The position numbers and the translations under genes are program-made. From an uncultured Anaerolineales bacterium (GTDB lineage Bacteria > Chloroflexota > Anaerolineae > CG2-30-64-16), in contig CAZTMA010000006.1 of NCBI GenBank assembly GCA_964614645.1, positions 6,414 to 70,413 of the forward strand: a stretch of 64,000 bases of DNA, read 5' to 3'. Shown here one piece after another: positions 46,277-55,978 of the stretch. Numbering within the stretch: the first letter of the stretch is position 1; every line of letters starts with the position of its first letter. Under the pieces are notes generated by a model. The model was not told where the DNA came from. It saw only the letters and a list, made by a program, of their open reading frames with translations, and ran no database searches.

Positions 46277-49200
46277 GGGCGGCGACGATCTCCGCGATGA
46301 CCTCATCCACCGGACGCGCAGAGCCGCGGGCCGTAGCGGCTGCCAGAGATTCCGCGTCCTGGCGAGAGGCGAACTCGGCACTCAACTTGCAGGCTCTCTC
46401 GCGCACTCTGTATGGAGTGCCGTGCCATGCCAGCAGGCAACCGCACACCTCGGCCGCGCGCTCAGGCTCGTCCGTCTGCACAGCTGTCTGAGCCCAGCAC
46501 AGCAGCACCCACGCCTTCGTCTCGGCCCACAACCCCGGCCGGGCAAGCACCCGGTGACACAGTGCCTGCGCCCCCCCAATATCGCCGCCATCCAGCGCCA
46601 CGCGCGCCCGACCATACAGGCCCCCGGCCTGCCATCCCGCAGCGTAGGCTTCACCGAAGTGGTGCTCTGCGGCCGTGGGATTGCCCAGCGCAAGTTCGAC
46701 ATGGCCCAACATGCACAGCGTGCCGCCGGAAGTCTCCCGCATCCCGGCATCGCGTCCCACTTCGATACTGCGCAGGAAGCACGCCCGCGCACGCTTCGGC
46801 CGGCCCAGCGCCAATTGGGTCTGCCCGAGTAAGCTCAGCGCCTGGCCGAGCAGCAGCTTATCGTCAAAGGCACTCGCCGTGCTGGTCATCCAGCGTGCGG
46901 CGGCCTCAGCCTCGTCGAGCGCGCCCGTATACAACAGCCCTAGCACCTGGACCCGGGTGGCGTACGCGCGCAGCAGCTCGCAGCATGCCTGCTCGGAAGC
47001 AGCGATGGCTTCGGACATGAGTTGCAGGGCTGCCGCATATTCGCCCTGGGCGACCAATCCGTATCCGGCGCCCCAGGATGCCTCGATGTGCCACAGCCGG
47101 GAACCCTCTGGCGTATAGGGTGGGAGGCTGAGGCTCCCGGTTTGCAGCTCATCGCAGAGCTGGAGGAAGATACGGGCCGACTCGACGATATCGCCCATGT
47201 CCTGCAACAACCAGGCGCGCATCCGGCGGTAGAAGTAGTGGGCCTCGGCCCAGCGGGCTGCGCCCAGCGCGCGGTCTGCCAGCAGCCGCTGCGCCTCATC
47301 CAATAACGCGCCCGCGTCCGCAAGCCGTCCTGACCGCTCCCACATCTCACTCAGACCGGTAAGCAGCATGGCTACGACTGCGGCGAAATCGGGTGCCCCC
47401 TGCTCGCTGTCCGGGCGTGAGCGCAGCGCCTGCAGGCCGGCCTCCAGCACCGCGCCGATATCACTGCGCGAACCCTGCCGGTCCGCCATAAAGCTGAGAC
47501 TGAGCATCAGCAGCCAGATCCCCTCCAGGTCCACGGCCGCAATGGTCCACTCCCAGGCCGCCATCAGGTTGGGCCGCTCCAGCCCCAGCTTGTGGATCAG
47601 CTCGCGGCGGCGCCACACTTCGATCCAAAGGTCCACGACCAGTGGTTGGAAGAAGCGGGCGTGACGGGCACGCACGGCGTCCGGGGGTTCCCCCGTCTCG
47701 GACTCGTGATCCCGTACCAGCCGCTCGGCGCAGTACTGCCGGATCAATTCGTGGACGGCATAGCGGCCTGTCTCGGCCAGGTTTAGCCACGAGGCATCCA
47801 CCAGACGCGCCAGATCGAACAGGCTCGCGCCGGTCACGGCCTCCGTTGCCTCGGCAGTGAAGCCGCCCCGGAACACCGCCAGCTGGCGCAAGATGGACCG
47901 CTCGTGTGGGTCCAGCAGCCGCCACGAGTAATCGAAGGTTGCGGCCATGCTGCGCTGCCGCTCGGGCACACCCCGCGCGGTCGTGGTCAGAATTTCCAGG
48001 CCCTGCTCCAGCCGCCGGGTAATATCGTCCAGTGGCAGGGCGCGCGTCCATGCGGCAGCCATCTCGATGGCCAGCGGAACCCCATGGAGCAGGCGGCAGA
48101 TATGCGCAATCGTGTGGCCCTCATCAGGCGTCGGGGCAAAGTCCGGCTGCAAGCGGCGTACGGTAGCCATGAACAGATGCGTGGCACTATACTGCTCCAG
48201 CACGGCCAGCGTCGCTTCCGGCGATAGGCGTCGCTGCACTGCACCTTCCGGCGCATGCGATGGCACAGTCAACCCCTCCAGCGGCTCCAGCCACTCCGCC
48301 GCCACATTCAGCCGCGCCCGCGATGTCACCAGCAGTTTGACCTCCGGCGCCTGGTTGACCAACGTCATCACCAAGCCGTAACCGTCCCGCCGCTCCGGTT
48401 CCGGCCCCGTCAGCAGGTGCTCATAGTTGTCCAGTACGAGGAGCATCCGCCGGTCGGCCAGGTACTCCAGCAGCCGCGCATCCGTGCCCCCTGCGCCATG
48501 CTCCACCAGCCCCAGCGTGCCCAGGATCGTGCCCGCCAACTGCTCTGCCGTCGTCAGCGGCGCCAGGTCCACAAAACAGACGCCCTGCGGGAAGCAGTCG
48601 ACCGCGCGCCGCGCGGCCTCCAGTGCCAGCCGCGTCTTGCCCATGCCACCCGGCCCCAGCACCGTCAGCAGGTGACACGCCGGGTCGGCCAGTCGTGCGG
48701 CTACCTGCGCCAACTGCGCCTCCCGGCCGATAAACGGCGTCACATCCGGCGGCAGATTGTGAGCCGGTCGGGCTGCAGGCGAGGACATGGAGAGCGCGGT
48801 CGAGGAGGCTGCAGCGGCCAGGAGGGCATGGTGCTGGTCGGTGGTCTCCGGCGCAGGCGGGATGCCCAGCTCGGCCGCCAGGACGTGGACGCACTGCTCG
48901 TACTGCCGCATGGCGCCGGGCCGGTCGCCCATTGCCGCGTACAGTCGCATCAGCAGCCGGTGCGCCGGCTCGTGCAGCGGGTCCAGCGCGAGCCAGCGCC
49001 GGGCATATGGCAGCGCCGCAGCATACTCCTGCCGCTCCGCCAGCGCCGTCGCCAGTCGCTCCAGCGCCGCGGATAGCTCGAGCCGCAGGGTCTCTGTAGT
49101 CAGGGTCTGCCACGCGTCGAACTCCTCCGTCTCGCGCAGCGAGAAGCCGGCCAGGAAGTCACCGTGCGCCAGCTCGACAGCCTCACGCAGCGCCGTGAGG

Positions 49201-49565
49201 CAGGCCGGGCAGAGCGCGCCCTCGCCATGCGCATGGGCGGTGACACGGGCCAGATGGTCGCGGAACTGCAGCACGTCGACACGGAGGGCGCCGCTGGCCA
49301 GCGCGACGCAGCCTTCGGACGTCTCGAGGATGCCGGGACCGAACACCTGGCGCAGCTCGCTCAGCGCGCGGCGCAGGCCGCTGCGGCCCTGGACCGCATC
49401 GGCCTCCGGCCAGAAGAGGAGGGCGAGGGAATCGCGGCCGTGCGGCCGGCCGGTGACGGCCAGGTACGCGAGCAGGGCCAGCGTCTTGTGGCGCTCGAAG
49501 TGGAGGGGATCGCCCGCGTGCAACGCCCGGGGCGGCCCGAACAAAATCAGGTCCAGGCCAGACAT
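46266..49565 (-). CDS. AfsR/SARP-type BTAD-NB-ARC-TPR regulator (copy 2)
   Basis: GPGGMGKTRLA, LVLDNYEHL, GVPLAIE, VHELIRQY; RBS GAGG. Confidence 0.92.
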   Translation of the reverse strand: MSGLDLILFGPPRALHAGDPLHFERHKTLALLAYLAVTGRPHGRDSLALLFWPEADAVQGRSGLRRALSELRQVFGPGILETSEGCVALASGALRVDVLQFRDHLARVTAHAHGEGALCPACLTALREAVELAHGDFLAGFSLRETEEFDAWQTLTTETLRLELSAALERLATALAERQEYAAALPYARRWLALDPLHEPAHRLLMRLYAAMGDRPGAMRQYEQCVHVLAAELGIPPAPETTDQHHALLAAAASSTALSMSSPAARPAHNLPPDVTPFIGREAQLAQVAARLADPACHLLTVLGPGGMGKTRLALEAARRAVDCFPQGVCFVDLAPLTTAEQLAGTILGTLGLVEHGAGGTDARLLEYLADRRMLLVLDNYEHLLTGPEPERRDGYGLVMTLVNQAPEVKLLVTSRARLNVAAEWLEPLEGLTVPSHAPEGAVQRRLSPEATLAVLEQYSATHLFMATVRRLQPDFAPTPDEGHTIAHICRLLHGVPLAIEMAAAWTRALPLDDITRRLEQGLEILTTTARGVPERQRSMAATFDYSWRLLDPHERSILRQLAVFRGGFTAEATEAVTGASLFDLARLVDASWLNLAETGRYAVHELIRQYCAERLVRDHESETGEPPDAVRARHARFFQPLVVDLWIEVWRRRELIHKLGLERPNLMAAWEWTIAAVDLEGIWLLMLSLSFMADRQGSRSDIGAVLEAGLQALRSRPDSEQGAPDFAAVVAMLLTGLSEMWERSGRLADAGALLDEAQRLLADRALGAARWAEAHYFYRRMRAWLLQDMGDIVESARIFLQLCDELQTGSLSLPPYTPEGSRLWHIEASWGAGYGLVAQGEYAAALQLMSEAIAASEQACCELLRAYATRVQVLGLLYTGALDEAEAAARWMTSTASAFDDKLLLGQALSLLGQTQLALGRPKRARACFLRSIEVGRDAGMRETSGGTLCMLGHVELALGNPTAAEHHFGEAYAAGWQAGGLYGRARVALDGGDIGGAQALCHRVLARPGLWAETKAWVLLCWAQTAVQTDEPERAAEVCGCLLAWHGTPYRVRERACKLSAEFASRQDAESLAAATARGSARPVDEVIAEIVAAPGS

Positions 49566-49598
49566 GAGGCACACCTCGTGCAGCGCTGAGGGATCGGA

Positions 49599-52500
49599 TT
49601 ACACAGGCTGACCCACGGGGCCGACAACCTCGGCAACGATATCTGCCGGTTCGCGCGCCCTGCCGCGTGCCGTCGCCGCGGCCAGGTCTGCCGCCGGCAT
49701 CCGGTCAGTGAGTTCTGCAAGCAGCTGAGTCGCGTCCTGGCGCTCGGCAAACCGCGTGCCGCGCCAGGCAAGGAGAAAGCCGCAGAGCTCCGCCGCATAT
49801 TCCGGCTCGCCCAGCTGCGCGGTCGCCTCGGCAAACTGCATGAGCGTCTGACCCTTCAGCCACGCCCACAGGCCTTGCCCGGTCAGAACCTGGCGGCACA
49901 GTTCGCGCGCGGCCGCCGGATCCCCGCGCGCCAAGGCCAGTCGGGCCAGCCCATAAAGGCCCCCCGGCAGCCAGCTTGCCTCGCAGGCCCGGCGGAAGTG
50001 ACGCTCCGCCAGGGCCAGGTCACCCAGCGCGATCTCGGCGTGCCCGAGCAGGCATAACGTGTAGCCGTTCCCTACGTCCCTGTCCCAATGACGTCCCAAT
50101 TCAAGGTTACGATGGAAGCAGGCAAGGGCACGGTCTGGCCGGCCGAGCGCCAGGTGCGTCTGACCCAACAGCGTGAGAGCAAAACCGATCATCTGTTTGT
50201 GATCGAACTCCGTGGCTGCTGCAAACAGGCGTCGTGACGCCTGTTCGGCTTGGGCGTAGTTCCCTATCTGTAATAGCACTGGTATCTGGAGGCGCGCCGC
50301 ATACGCCCACAACAGCTTTAGATTCGCCTGTTCGGCCTCAGCAATGCCTTCTGCGATATAGCGTAGCGCCTCATCATAGTCTCCGGCGGCCAGCAGGCTC
50401 TGCACTACGCCCCAGCATGTTTCAACGTGCCACACGTGGGTGCCATCGGGCGTATACGGCGGCAGTATGAGGCCGTCGTGTATGTCTGCTCGTAGCTCAT
50501 TGAAGATCCGGGCCGACCGGTCATATTCACCCAGATAGTACAACCACTGCGCCCGTATCCTGCGGTTAAAATATCGGGCCTCAGCCCAATGCGCCGCACC
50601 CTTGTCGTGGTCACCCAACAGCCGAGCAGCTTCGTCCAGCCCAGCATCAGTATCGGCCATACGACCATCATGGACCCACATTTCGCAAACAGAAGTCTCG
50701 ATGAGGGCAACGGCCACGGTCCAGTCCGGGTCATCGTGGTGCACCCGAGCATGCTCCCGCAGCCGGCACAGACCCGCTTCCAGTGCGGCCGTAACCGCTG
50801 CGGGAGCGCCCTGCGTGGCGCCCAGGAAAAGGAGTCCTAACCGCAGCGGCCACACACCCGGCAGATCCCCCGCAGTCACGGTCCACTCCCAGGCGGCCAT
50901 CAGGTTGGCTAAATCGGGCAGTATCTCACGGACGGTGCCCGGCCGTCTCCAAAAATCCGTCCAGCGATCCATGATGAGGGGCTGGAAGTAGCGCGAATGG
51001 CGAGCACGCACGGTATCCGGGTCCTCACCCATCTCCGCCGCGTGCTCCTGTGCCAGCTTCTCGGCACAGTACTGCCGGATCAGCTCGTGCACGCCGTAGC
51101 GCCCCCCCTCCCCCAGCCGCAGCCACGACGCATCCACCAGCGCAGCCAGCTCGCCCAGCCCTGCCCTCGTCACCGCCTCGGCTGCCTCCGCAGTGAAGCC
51201 GCCCCGAAACACAGCGAGCTGGCGCAAGATGGACCGCTCGCGCGGGGCCAGCAGCCGCCACGAGTAATCGAAGGTTGCGGCCATGCTGCGCTGCCGCTCA
51301 GGCACACCCCGCGCGGTCGTGGTCAGGATTTCTAGGCCCTGCTCGATCCGCCGGGCAATCTCGGCCAGCGCCAGGGCGCGCGTCCATGCGGCAGCCATCT
51401 CGATTGCCAGCGGCACACCGCGAAGCAGGCGGCAGATGTGCGCAATCGTGTGGCCCTCATCGGGCGTCGGGGCGAAGTCCGGCCGCAAGCGGCGTACGGC
51501 AGTCACGAACAGGTGCGTGGCACTGTACTGCTCCAGCACGGCCAGCGTCGCTTCGCGCGACAGGCGCCGCTGCACTGCGCCTTCCGGCGGCTGCAGTGGC
51601 ACGGCCAGCCCCTCCAGCGGCTCCAGCCACTCCGCCGCCACGTTCAGCCGCGCCCGCGACGTCACCAGCAGCTTCACTCCCGGGGCTGCGCCCACCAGCT
51701 GCATGACTAACCCGTAGCCATCCCGGCGATCGACCTCCTGGCCGCTCAGCAGGTGCTCGTAGTTGTCCAGTACGAGGAGCATCCGCCGGTCGGCCAGGTA
51801 CTCCAGCAGCCGCGCATCCGTGCCCCCTGCGCCATGCTCCACCAGCCCCAGCGTGCCCAGGATCGTGCCCGCCAACTGCTCTGCCGTCGTCAGCGGCGCC
51901 AGGTCCACGAACCACACGCCCTGAGGAAAGTGGCCCACTGCGCGCCGGGAAGCCTCGATCGCCAGCCGCGTCTTGCCGATACCCCCCGACCCCAGCACCG
52001 TCAGCAGGTGACACGCCGGGTCGGCCAGCCGCGCGGCTACCTGCGCCAGCTGCGCCTCCCGGCCGATGAACGGCGTTACATCCGGCGGCAGATTGTGGAC
52101 GGGTACGGCCACCGGCTCCTGAGCCTGTGGACCGGTGAAGAGAGCGGCGTGCAGCCTGCCGGTTTCCAGGTCCGGCGAGATCCCTAGTTCGTCCGCCAGG
52201 ATCTGGACGCACTGCTCGTACTGCCGCACGGCGGCGGGCCGGTCGCCCGTTGCCGCATACAGCCGCATCAGCAGCCGGTGCGCCGGCTCGTGCAGCGGGT
52301 CCAGCGTCAACCAGCGCCGGGCGTACGGCAGCGCCGCAGCATACTCCTGCCGCTCCGCCAGCGCCGTGGCCAGTCGTTCCAACGCCGCGGATAGCTCGAG
52401 CCGCAGGGTCTCCGTGGTCAGGGTCTGCCAGGCGTCGAACTCCTCCGTCTCGCGCAGCGAGAAGCCGGCCAGGAAGTCACCGTGCGCCAGCTCGACAGCC

Positions 52501-52895
52501 TCACGCAGCGCCGTGAGGCAGGCCGGGCAGAGCGCGCCCTCGCCATGCGCATGGGCGGTGACACGGGCCAGATGGTCGCGGAACTGCAGCACGTCGACAC
52601 GGAGGGCGCCGCTGGCCAGCGCGACGCAGCCTTCGGACGTCTCGAGGATGCCGGGACCGAACACCTGGCGCAGCTCGCTCAGCGCGCGGCGCAGGCCGCT
52701 GCGGCCCTGGACCGCATCGGCCTCCGGCCAGAAGAGGAGGGCGAGGGAATCGCGGCCGTGCGGCCGGCCGGTGACGGCCAGGTACGCGAGCAGGGCCAGC
52801 GTCTTGTGGCGCTCGAAGTGGAGGGGATCGCCCGCGTGCAACGCCCGTGGCGGCCCGAACAATACCAAGTCCAGGTCGGATTCCAGGCCCAACAT
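49599..52895 (-). CDS. AfsR/SARP-type BTAD-NB-ARC-TPR regulator (copy 3)
   Basis: GSGGIGKTRLA, LVLDNYEHL, GVPLAIE, VHELIRQY; RBS AGGAG; N-terminus nearly identical to copy 2. Confidence 0.92.
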   Translation of the reverse strand: MLGLESDLDLVLFGPPRALHAGDPLHFERHKTLALLAYLAVTGRPHGRDSLALLFWPEADAVQGRSGLRRALSELRQVFGPGILETSEGCVALASGALRVDVLQFRDHLARVTAHAHGEGALCPACLTALREAVELAHGDFLAGFSLRETEEFDAWQTLTTETLRLELSAALERLATALAERQEYAAALPYARRWLTLDPLHEPAHRLLMRLYAATGDRPAAVRQYEQCVQILADELGISPDLETGRLHAALFTGPQAQEPVAVPVHNLPPDVTPFIGREAQLAQVAARLADPACHLLTVLGSGGIGKTRLAIEASRRAVGHFPQGVWFVDLAPLTTAEQLAGTILGTLGLVEHGAGGTDARLLEYLADRRMLLVLDNYEHLLSGQEVDRRDGYGLVMQLVGAAPGVKLLVTSRARLNVAAEWLEPLEGLAVPLQPPEGAVQRRLSREATLAVLEQYSATHLFVTAVRRLRPDFAPTPDEGHTIAHICRLLRGVPLAIEMAAAWTRALALAEIARRIEQGLEILTTTARGVPERQRSMAATFDYSWRLLAPRERSILRQLAVFRGGFTAEAAEAVTRAGLGELAALVDASWLRLGEGGRYGVHELIRQYCAEKLAQEHAAEMGEDPDTVRARHSRYFQPLIMDRWTDFWRRPGTVREILPDLANLMAAWEWTVTAGDLPGVWPLRLGLLFLGATQGAPAAVTAALEAGLCRLREHARVHHDDPDWTVAVALIETSVCEMWVHDGRMADTDAGLDEAARLLGDHDKGAAHWAEARYFNRRIRAQWLYYLGEYDRSARIFNELRADIHDGLILPPYTPDGTHVWHVETCWGVVQSLLAAGDYDEALRYIAEGIAEAEQANLKLLWAYAARLQIPVLLQIGNYAQAEQASRRLFAAATEFDHKQMIGFALTLLGQTHLALGRPDRALACFHRNLELGRHWDRDVGNGYTLCLLGHAEIALGDLALAERHFRRACEASWLPGGLYGLARLALARGDPAAARELCRQVLTGQGLWAWLKGQTLMQFAEATAQLGEPEYAAELCGFLLAWRGTRFAERQDATQLLAELTDRMPAADLAAATARGRAREPADIVAEVVGPVGQPV

Positions 52896-52962
52896 ATGCA
52901 CAACTCCTGGGCTACATACAAATCATAGCACAAAATCGCGCGAATAGCGCAATGAATTTAGC

Positions 52963-53009
52963 CTGAGCGCGAATTCTGTCACGATTTTGCAACGCTGGCC
53001 CTGTATGCT
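52963..53009 (+). promoter_or_regulatory. 11-bp direct-repeat box plus -10 element
   Basis: gcgcgaattct-gtcacgatttt-gcaacgct, TATGCT at 53004; ctgagcgcgaattctg is identical to 45520. Confidence 0.6.
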
Positions 53010-53050
53010 GGGCACAATGAGAGTTGCTCCATACAACAGGGAGGTGCTTC

Positions 53051-55957
53051 ATGAAAAGGTCTCTGCTCAGACCGGTTGTGAGCTTGATGCTGGTCATCTT
53101 CGTGGTGGCGGGGTGTGCGGCACCGGCTGCGCCGGTCGCGGCCGTGCCACCGACGGCAACGACCAGCCCGCTCGATGTTGCGCGGGCGTACAGCGACGCG
53201 CTGGCGAAGGGCGATACCGACGCCGCGCTCGCACTGTTCATAGACACAGCGCAGATCGTTGATGAAGGCAGCGCGGTAGCCACCGGACGCGCCGCAATCC
53301 GCGACTACTTGATCTATGTAATGGCGCTCGAATACAGGGAGCTTGACGGTGAATGCGTCCCTACCCAGACCGCAGATCTGATCAAGTGCCAAGCGCAGGA
53401 GAAAATGGTGATGATCCCGGTCGGTAAGGCCACGATCACGTACTACGTAGAGGTCAAGGAAGGAAAAATCGCCACAGTCCACCTTGCAGATGATTGGGAC
53501 GCTGTGGCGACAGCGAACTTCACGACCTTTATCACTTGGTTACTCGCCACCCACCCGGACGATCACAAGCACATCTTCGACTCGGTCGGCAAGAACGAAT
53601 ACAGCCGGGAGCTCGGCGAGTTGATCGCCGGCGCATACCACGAGTGGGAGGCGACCAAGCTCACGCCCACCCGGGCCCCAGCGGCCGCGGACCCGCTGGA
53701 TGTTGTGGCCGCGTTCCGCGATGCGCTGGCGGAGCGCGATGCCGACAAGATGGTGGCGCTGTTCACCGATAGTGCTCAATGGCAGGGTCTCGACGGGCGC
53801 GTTATCAGCGGCCCCACCGAGCTGCGGAACGATTTCGAGTATCTGTTGGAACTGGAGTATGCGGAGGTGGCGGTCGAATGCCAGCCTGAAGATGCTCAAG
53901 GAGTAACAAAGTGCGAGGGAGGGTTCAAACTCCTCATTTGGGGTGACTTCCAGGCTGCCTACTCCGTCCTGCGCAAAGGAGAGAAAATCGATCGGTTCTA
54001 CTGGACCATGTATTCCTGGGCTGATGTAGAGCCACGCATCAAGGCGTTTTTGACCTGGGCGGAAGGCGCCCGACCCGAGGACATGGCCCTAGTGTACAAG
54101 AAGGAGAACGCATGGGCCTTTGACAGGACACTGGGAGAACTCATCAAGAAGCTGTACACCGAATGGCAGGCGGTCCGGCTCACACCGACACCGGCCGCAG
54201 TGACCGCCGACCCACTCAAGGTTGTGGCCGCATTTCGCGCGGCGCTGGCGAAGCACGATGTGGACAAGATGATCGCGCTGTTCGCCGAGGACGGCGAATG
54301 GCGGCACAACGACTACCACACCTTTACCGGCCCCACAGAGCTCCGGAATGTCCTGAACTATGCAGTGGCGCTCGACTACAAGGAACAGCGCGGGGCCTGC
54401 ACTCTCGCCGCAGACAAGGCCCGCGCCCGCTGCAAGGTGCAGGCGCGGAACATCCCCTACGGGAATTTCCTGGTCATGTATGATGTCGAGGTTGCGGGCG
54501 ACAAGATCAGCACGCTCCAGTTCACGGAGTCCCTCGATGCGGCAACCCAAGCGCGGGCTGATGAGTTCCTGAGCTGGGTCAGGACCGCCCACCCGGAAGA
54601 CATGGCGCGTATCGACGCGGAGTTCGGCAAGTATGCCTTCAGCCAGGAGCTTGGTGAAGCCATTGCCACGCTGCACGCGGAGTGGCAGGCCGCTAAGCCG
54701 ACACCCGTGCCCGCGGCGGCTGCCGTGCCCGACGTCGTGCAGAAGTTCCGCGATGCAATGGCCGACCGCGACATCGAGGCCGTGATCGCCCTGTTCACCG
54801 ACACCGGGGAGTGGCGCCATAACGGGAGCATCACGTTCAGGGGTCGCGCGGAGTTGGAGCCTTGGCTCGGCTACCTGTGGGGCTTGCGGTATAGGGAACT
54901 CGAGGCCACCTGCGAGGCCACCTCCCAGCCGGCCCTCACCAAATGCGAATCCCGGCTATCGGCTGTACCGTTCGGCGAATGTGCAGCCACATACTACATC
55001 GAGGTCACCGAAGGCAAGATCAGTGCCGTTATCTGGCAGGACAACGTTGGCCCTGAGGCGGACGCACGCGCCACTGACTTTCTGAGATGGCTGGCCGATA
55101 CGCATCCTGAGGAGAACGCCCGCATCTGGGAGGGGTTAGGCAACAAGAGCGGTTACAACCAGGCTCTCGGAGAGTCCATCAACAAGGCCTATGAGGAGTG
55201 GCGGGCTACCCAGCAACTGGGCGTGGATGTCTCCGTGCGCATCATGCCGCTGGGCGACTCGATCACGGAGGGCCTGTGCGACACGACTGCCACCTGCAAT
55301 GTTCCGGGCATCAGGCGACCGACCGACGCGTCCGATGCGGCCTTGTGTGACTGGTCCCTCAATGATCTCAACCCCAAATCCGTAGGTTACCGCGCCTTCC
55401 TGCGGGACAAGCTGGCAGCCGCCGGGGTCAAGGCGTCGTTCGTGGGCTCGGTTGATGTGGCCGCGGATCTGGCGCACGAAGGCCACAGCGGCTGGACCAT
55501 CGGCGACCTGGACTTCTGCGTGGAGAACGCCAACTGGCTGGAGGAAACGCAGCCCGACATCATCCTGCTGCACATCGGCACGAACGATATGGGCTGGGCC
55601 CACCCGCCGGACCAGATGCTGGATGACCTCCGGCTGCTGCTGGAACACATCTATGCGCACGCGCCAAAGACGCACGTCATCGTCGCACAGGTGATGGCGG
55701 TGACCTCGAACCTGCGCTCGTTCTACGTGACGCTGCCCGAGCTCGGGAACGACACGCTCGCCAAATACAACGCAGGGATTCCCGATGTGGTCGCGGACTT
55801 CCAGCGGGCAGGCTTCAACGTCTCCCTGGTCGACATGACGGAAGTCATCGAGTCCGATGCCGACTTCGATGCGATGGGTTTGCATCCCACGGGCAAAGCA
55901 ACGGAAAGAATAGCCGATGTCTGGCTGGAAGAAGTCACCGAGATCCTGGCTCAGTAA
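53051..55957 (+). CDS. Lipoprotein with four SnoaL/NTF2-like repeats and C-terminal SGNH hydrolase
   Basis: Lipobox VVAG-C; four repeats beginning (P)LDVVxAFRDALxxxDxDxxxALF; IMPLGDSIT, HEGHSG, IGTND, GLHP; RBS GGAGG. Confidence 0.85.
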   Translation: MKRSLLRPVVSLMLVIFVVAGCAAPAAPVAAVPPTATTSPLDVARAYSDALAKGDTDAALALFIDTAQIVDEGSAVATGRAAIRDYLIYVMALEYRELDGECVPTQTADLIKCQAQEKMVMIPVGKATITYYVEVKEGKIATVHLADDWDAVATANFTTFITWLLATHPDDHKHIFDSVGKNEYSRELGELIAGAYHEWEATKLTPTRAPAAADPLDVVAAFRDALAERDADKMVALFTDSAQWQGLDGRVISGPTELRNDFEYLLELEYAEVAVECQPEDAQGVTKCEGGFKLLIWGDFQAAYSVLRKGEKIDRFYWTMYSWADVEPRIKAFLTWAEGARPEDMALVYKKENAWAFDRTLGELIKKLYTEWQAVRLTPTPAAVTADPLKVVAAFRAALAKHDVDKMIALFAEDGEWRHNDYHTFTGPTELRNVLNYAVALDYKEQRGACTLAADKARARCKVQARNIPYGNFLVMYDVEVAGDKISTLQFTESLDAATQARADEFLSWVRTAHPEDMARIDAEFGKYAFSQELGEAIATLHAEWQAAKPTPVPAAAAVPDVVQKFRDAMADRDIEAVIALFTDTGEWRHNGSITFRGRAELEPWLGYLWGLRYRELEATCEATSQPALTKCESRLSAVPFGECAATYYIEVTEGKISAVIWQDNVGPEADARATDFLRWLADTHPEENARIWEGLGNKSGYNQALGESINKAYEEWRATQQLGVDVSVRIMPLGDSITEGLCDTTATCNVPGIRRPTDASDAALCDWSLNDLNPKSVGYRAFLRDKLAAAGVKASFVGSVDVAADLAHEGHSGWTIGDLDFCVENANWLEETQPDIILLHIGTNDMGWAHPPDQMLDDLRLLLEHIYAHAPKTHVIVAQVMAVTSNLRSFYVTLPELGNDTLAKYNAGIPDVVADFQRAGFNVSLVDMTEVIESDADFDAMGLHPTGKATERIADVWLEEVTEILAQ

Positions 55958-55978
55958 CTCCCGGACGCGGAGGACACC

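Noticed and set aside
48424-52847. Near-identical repeats as a diversity-generating retroelement TR/VR pair
   Set aside because: No reverse transcriptase, the repeats lie in conserved N-terminal coding regions, and the differences are not adenine-specific.
40765-52895. STAND proteins as Avs-type anti-phage effectors
   Set aside because: The N-terminus is a wHTH-BTAD transcription-activator module rather than a nuclease, TIR, SIR2 or protease effector; an indirect defence role is not excluded.
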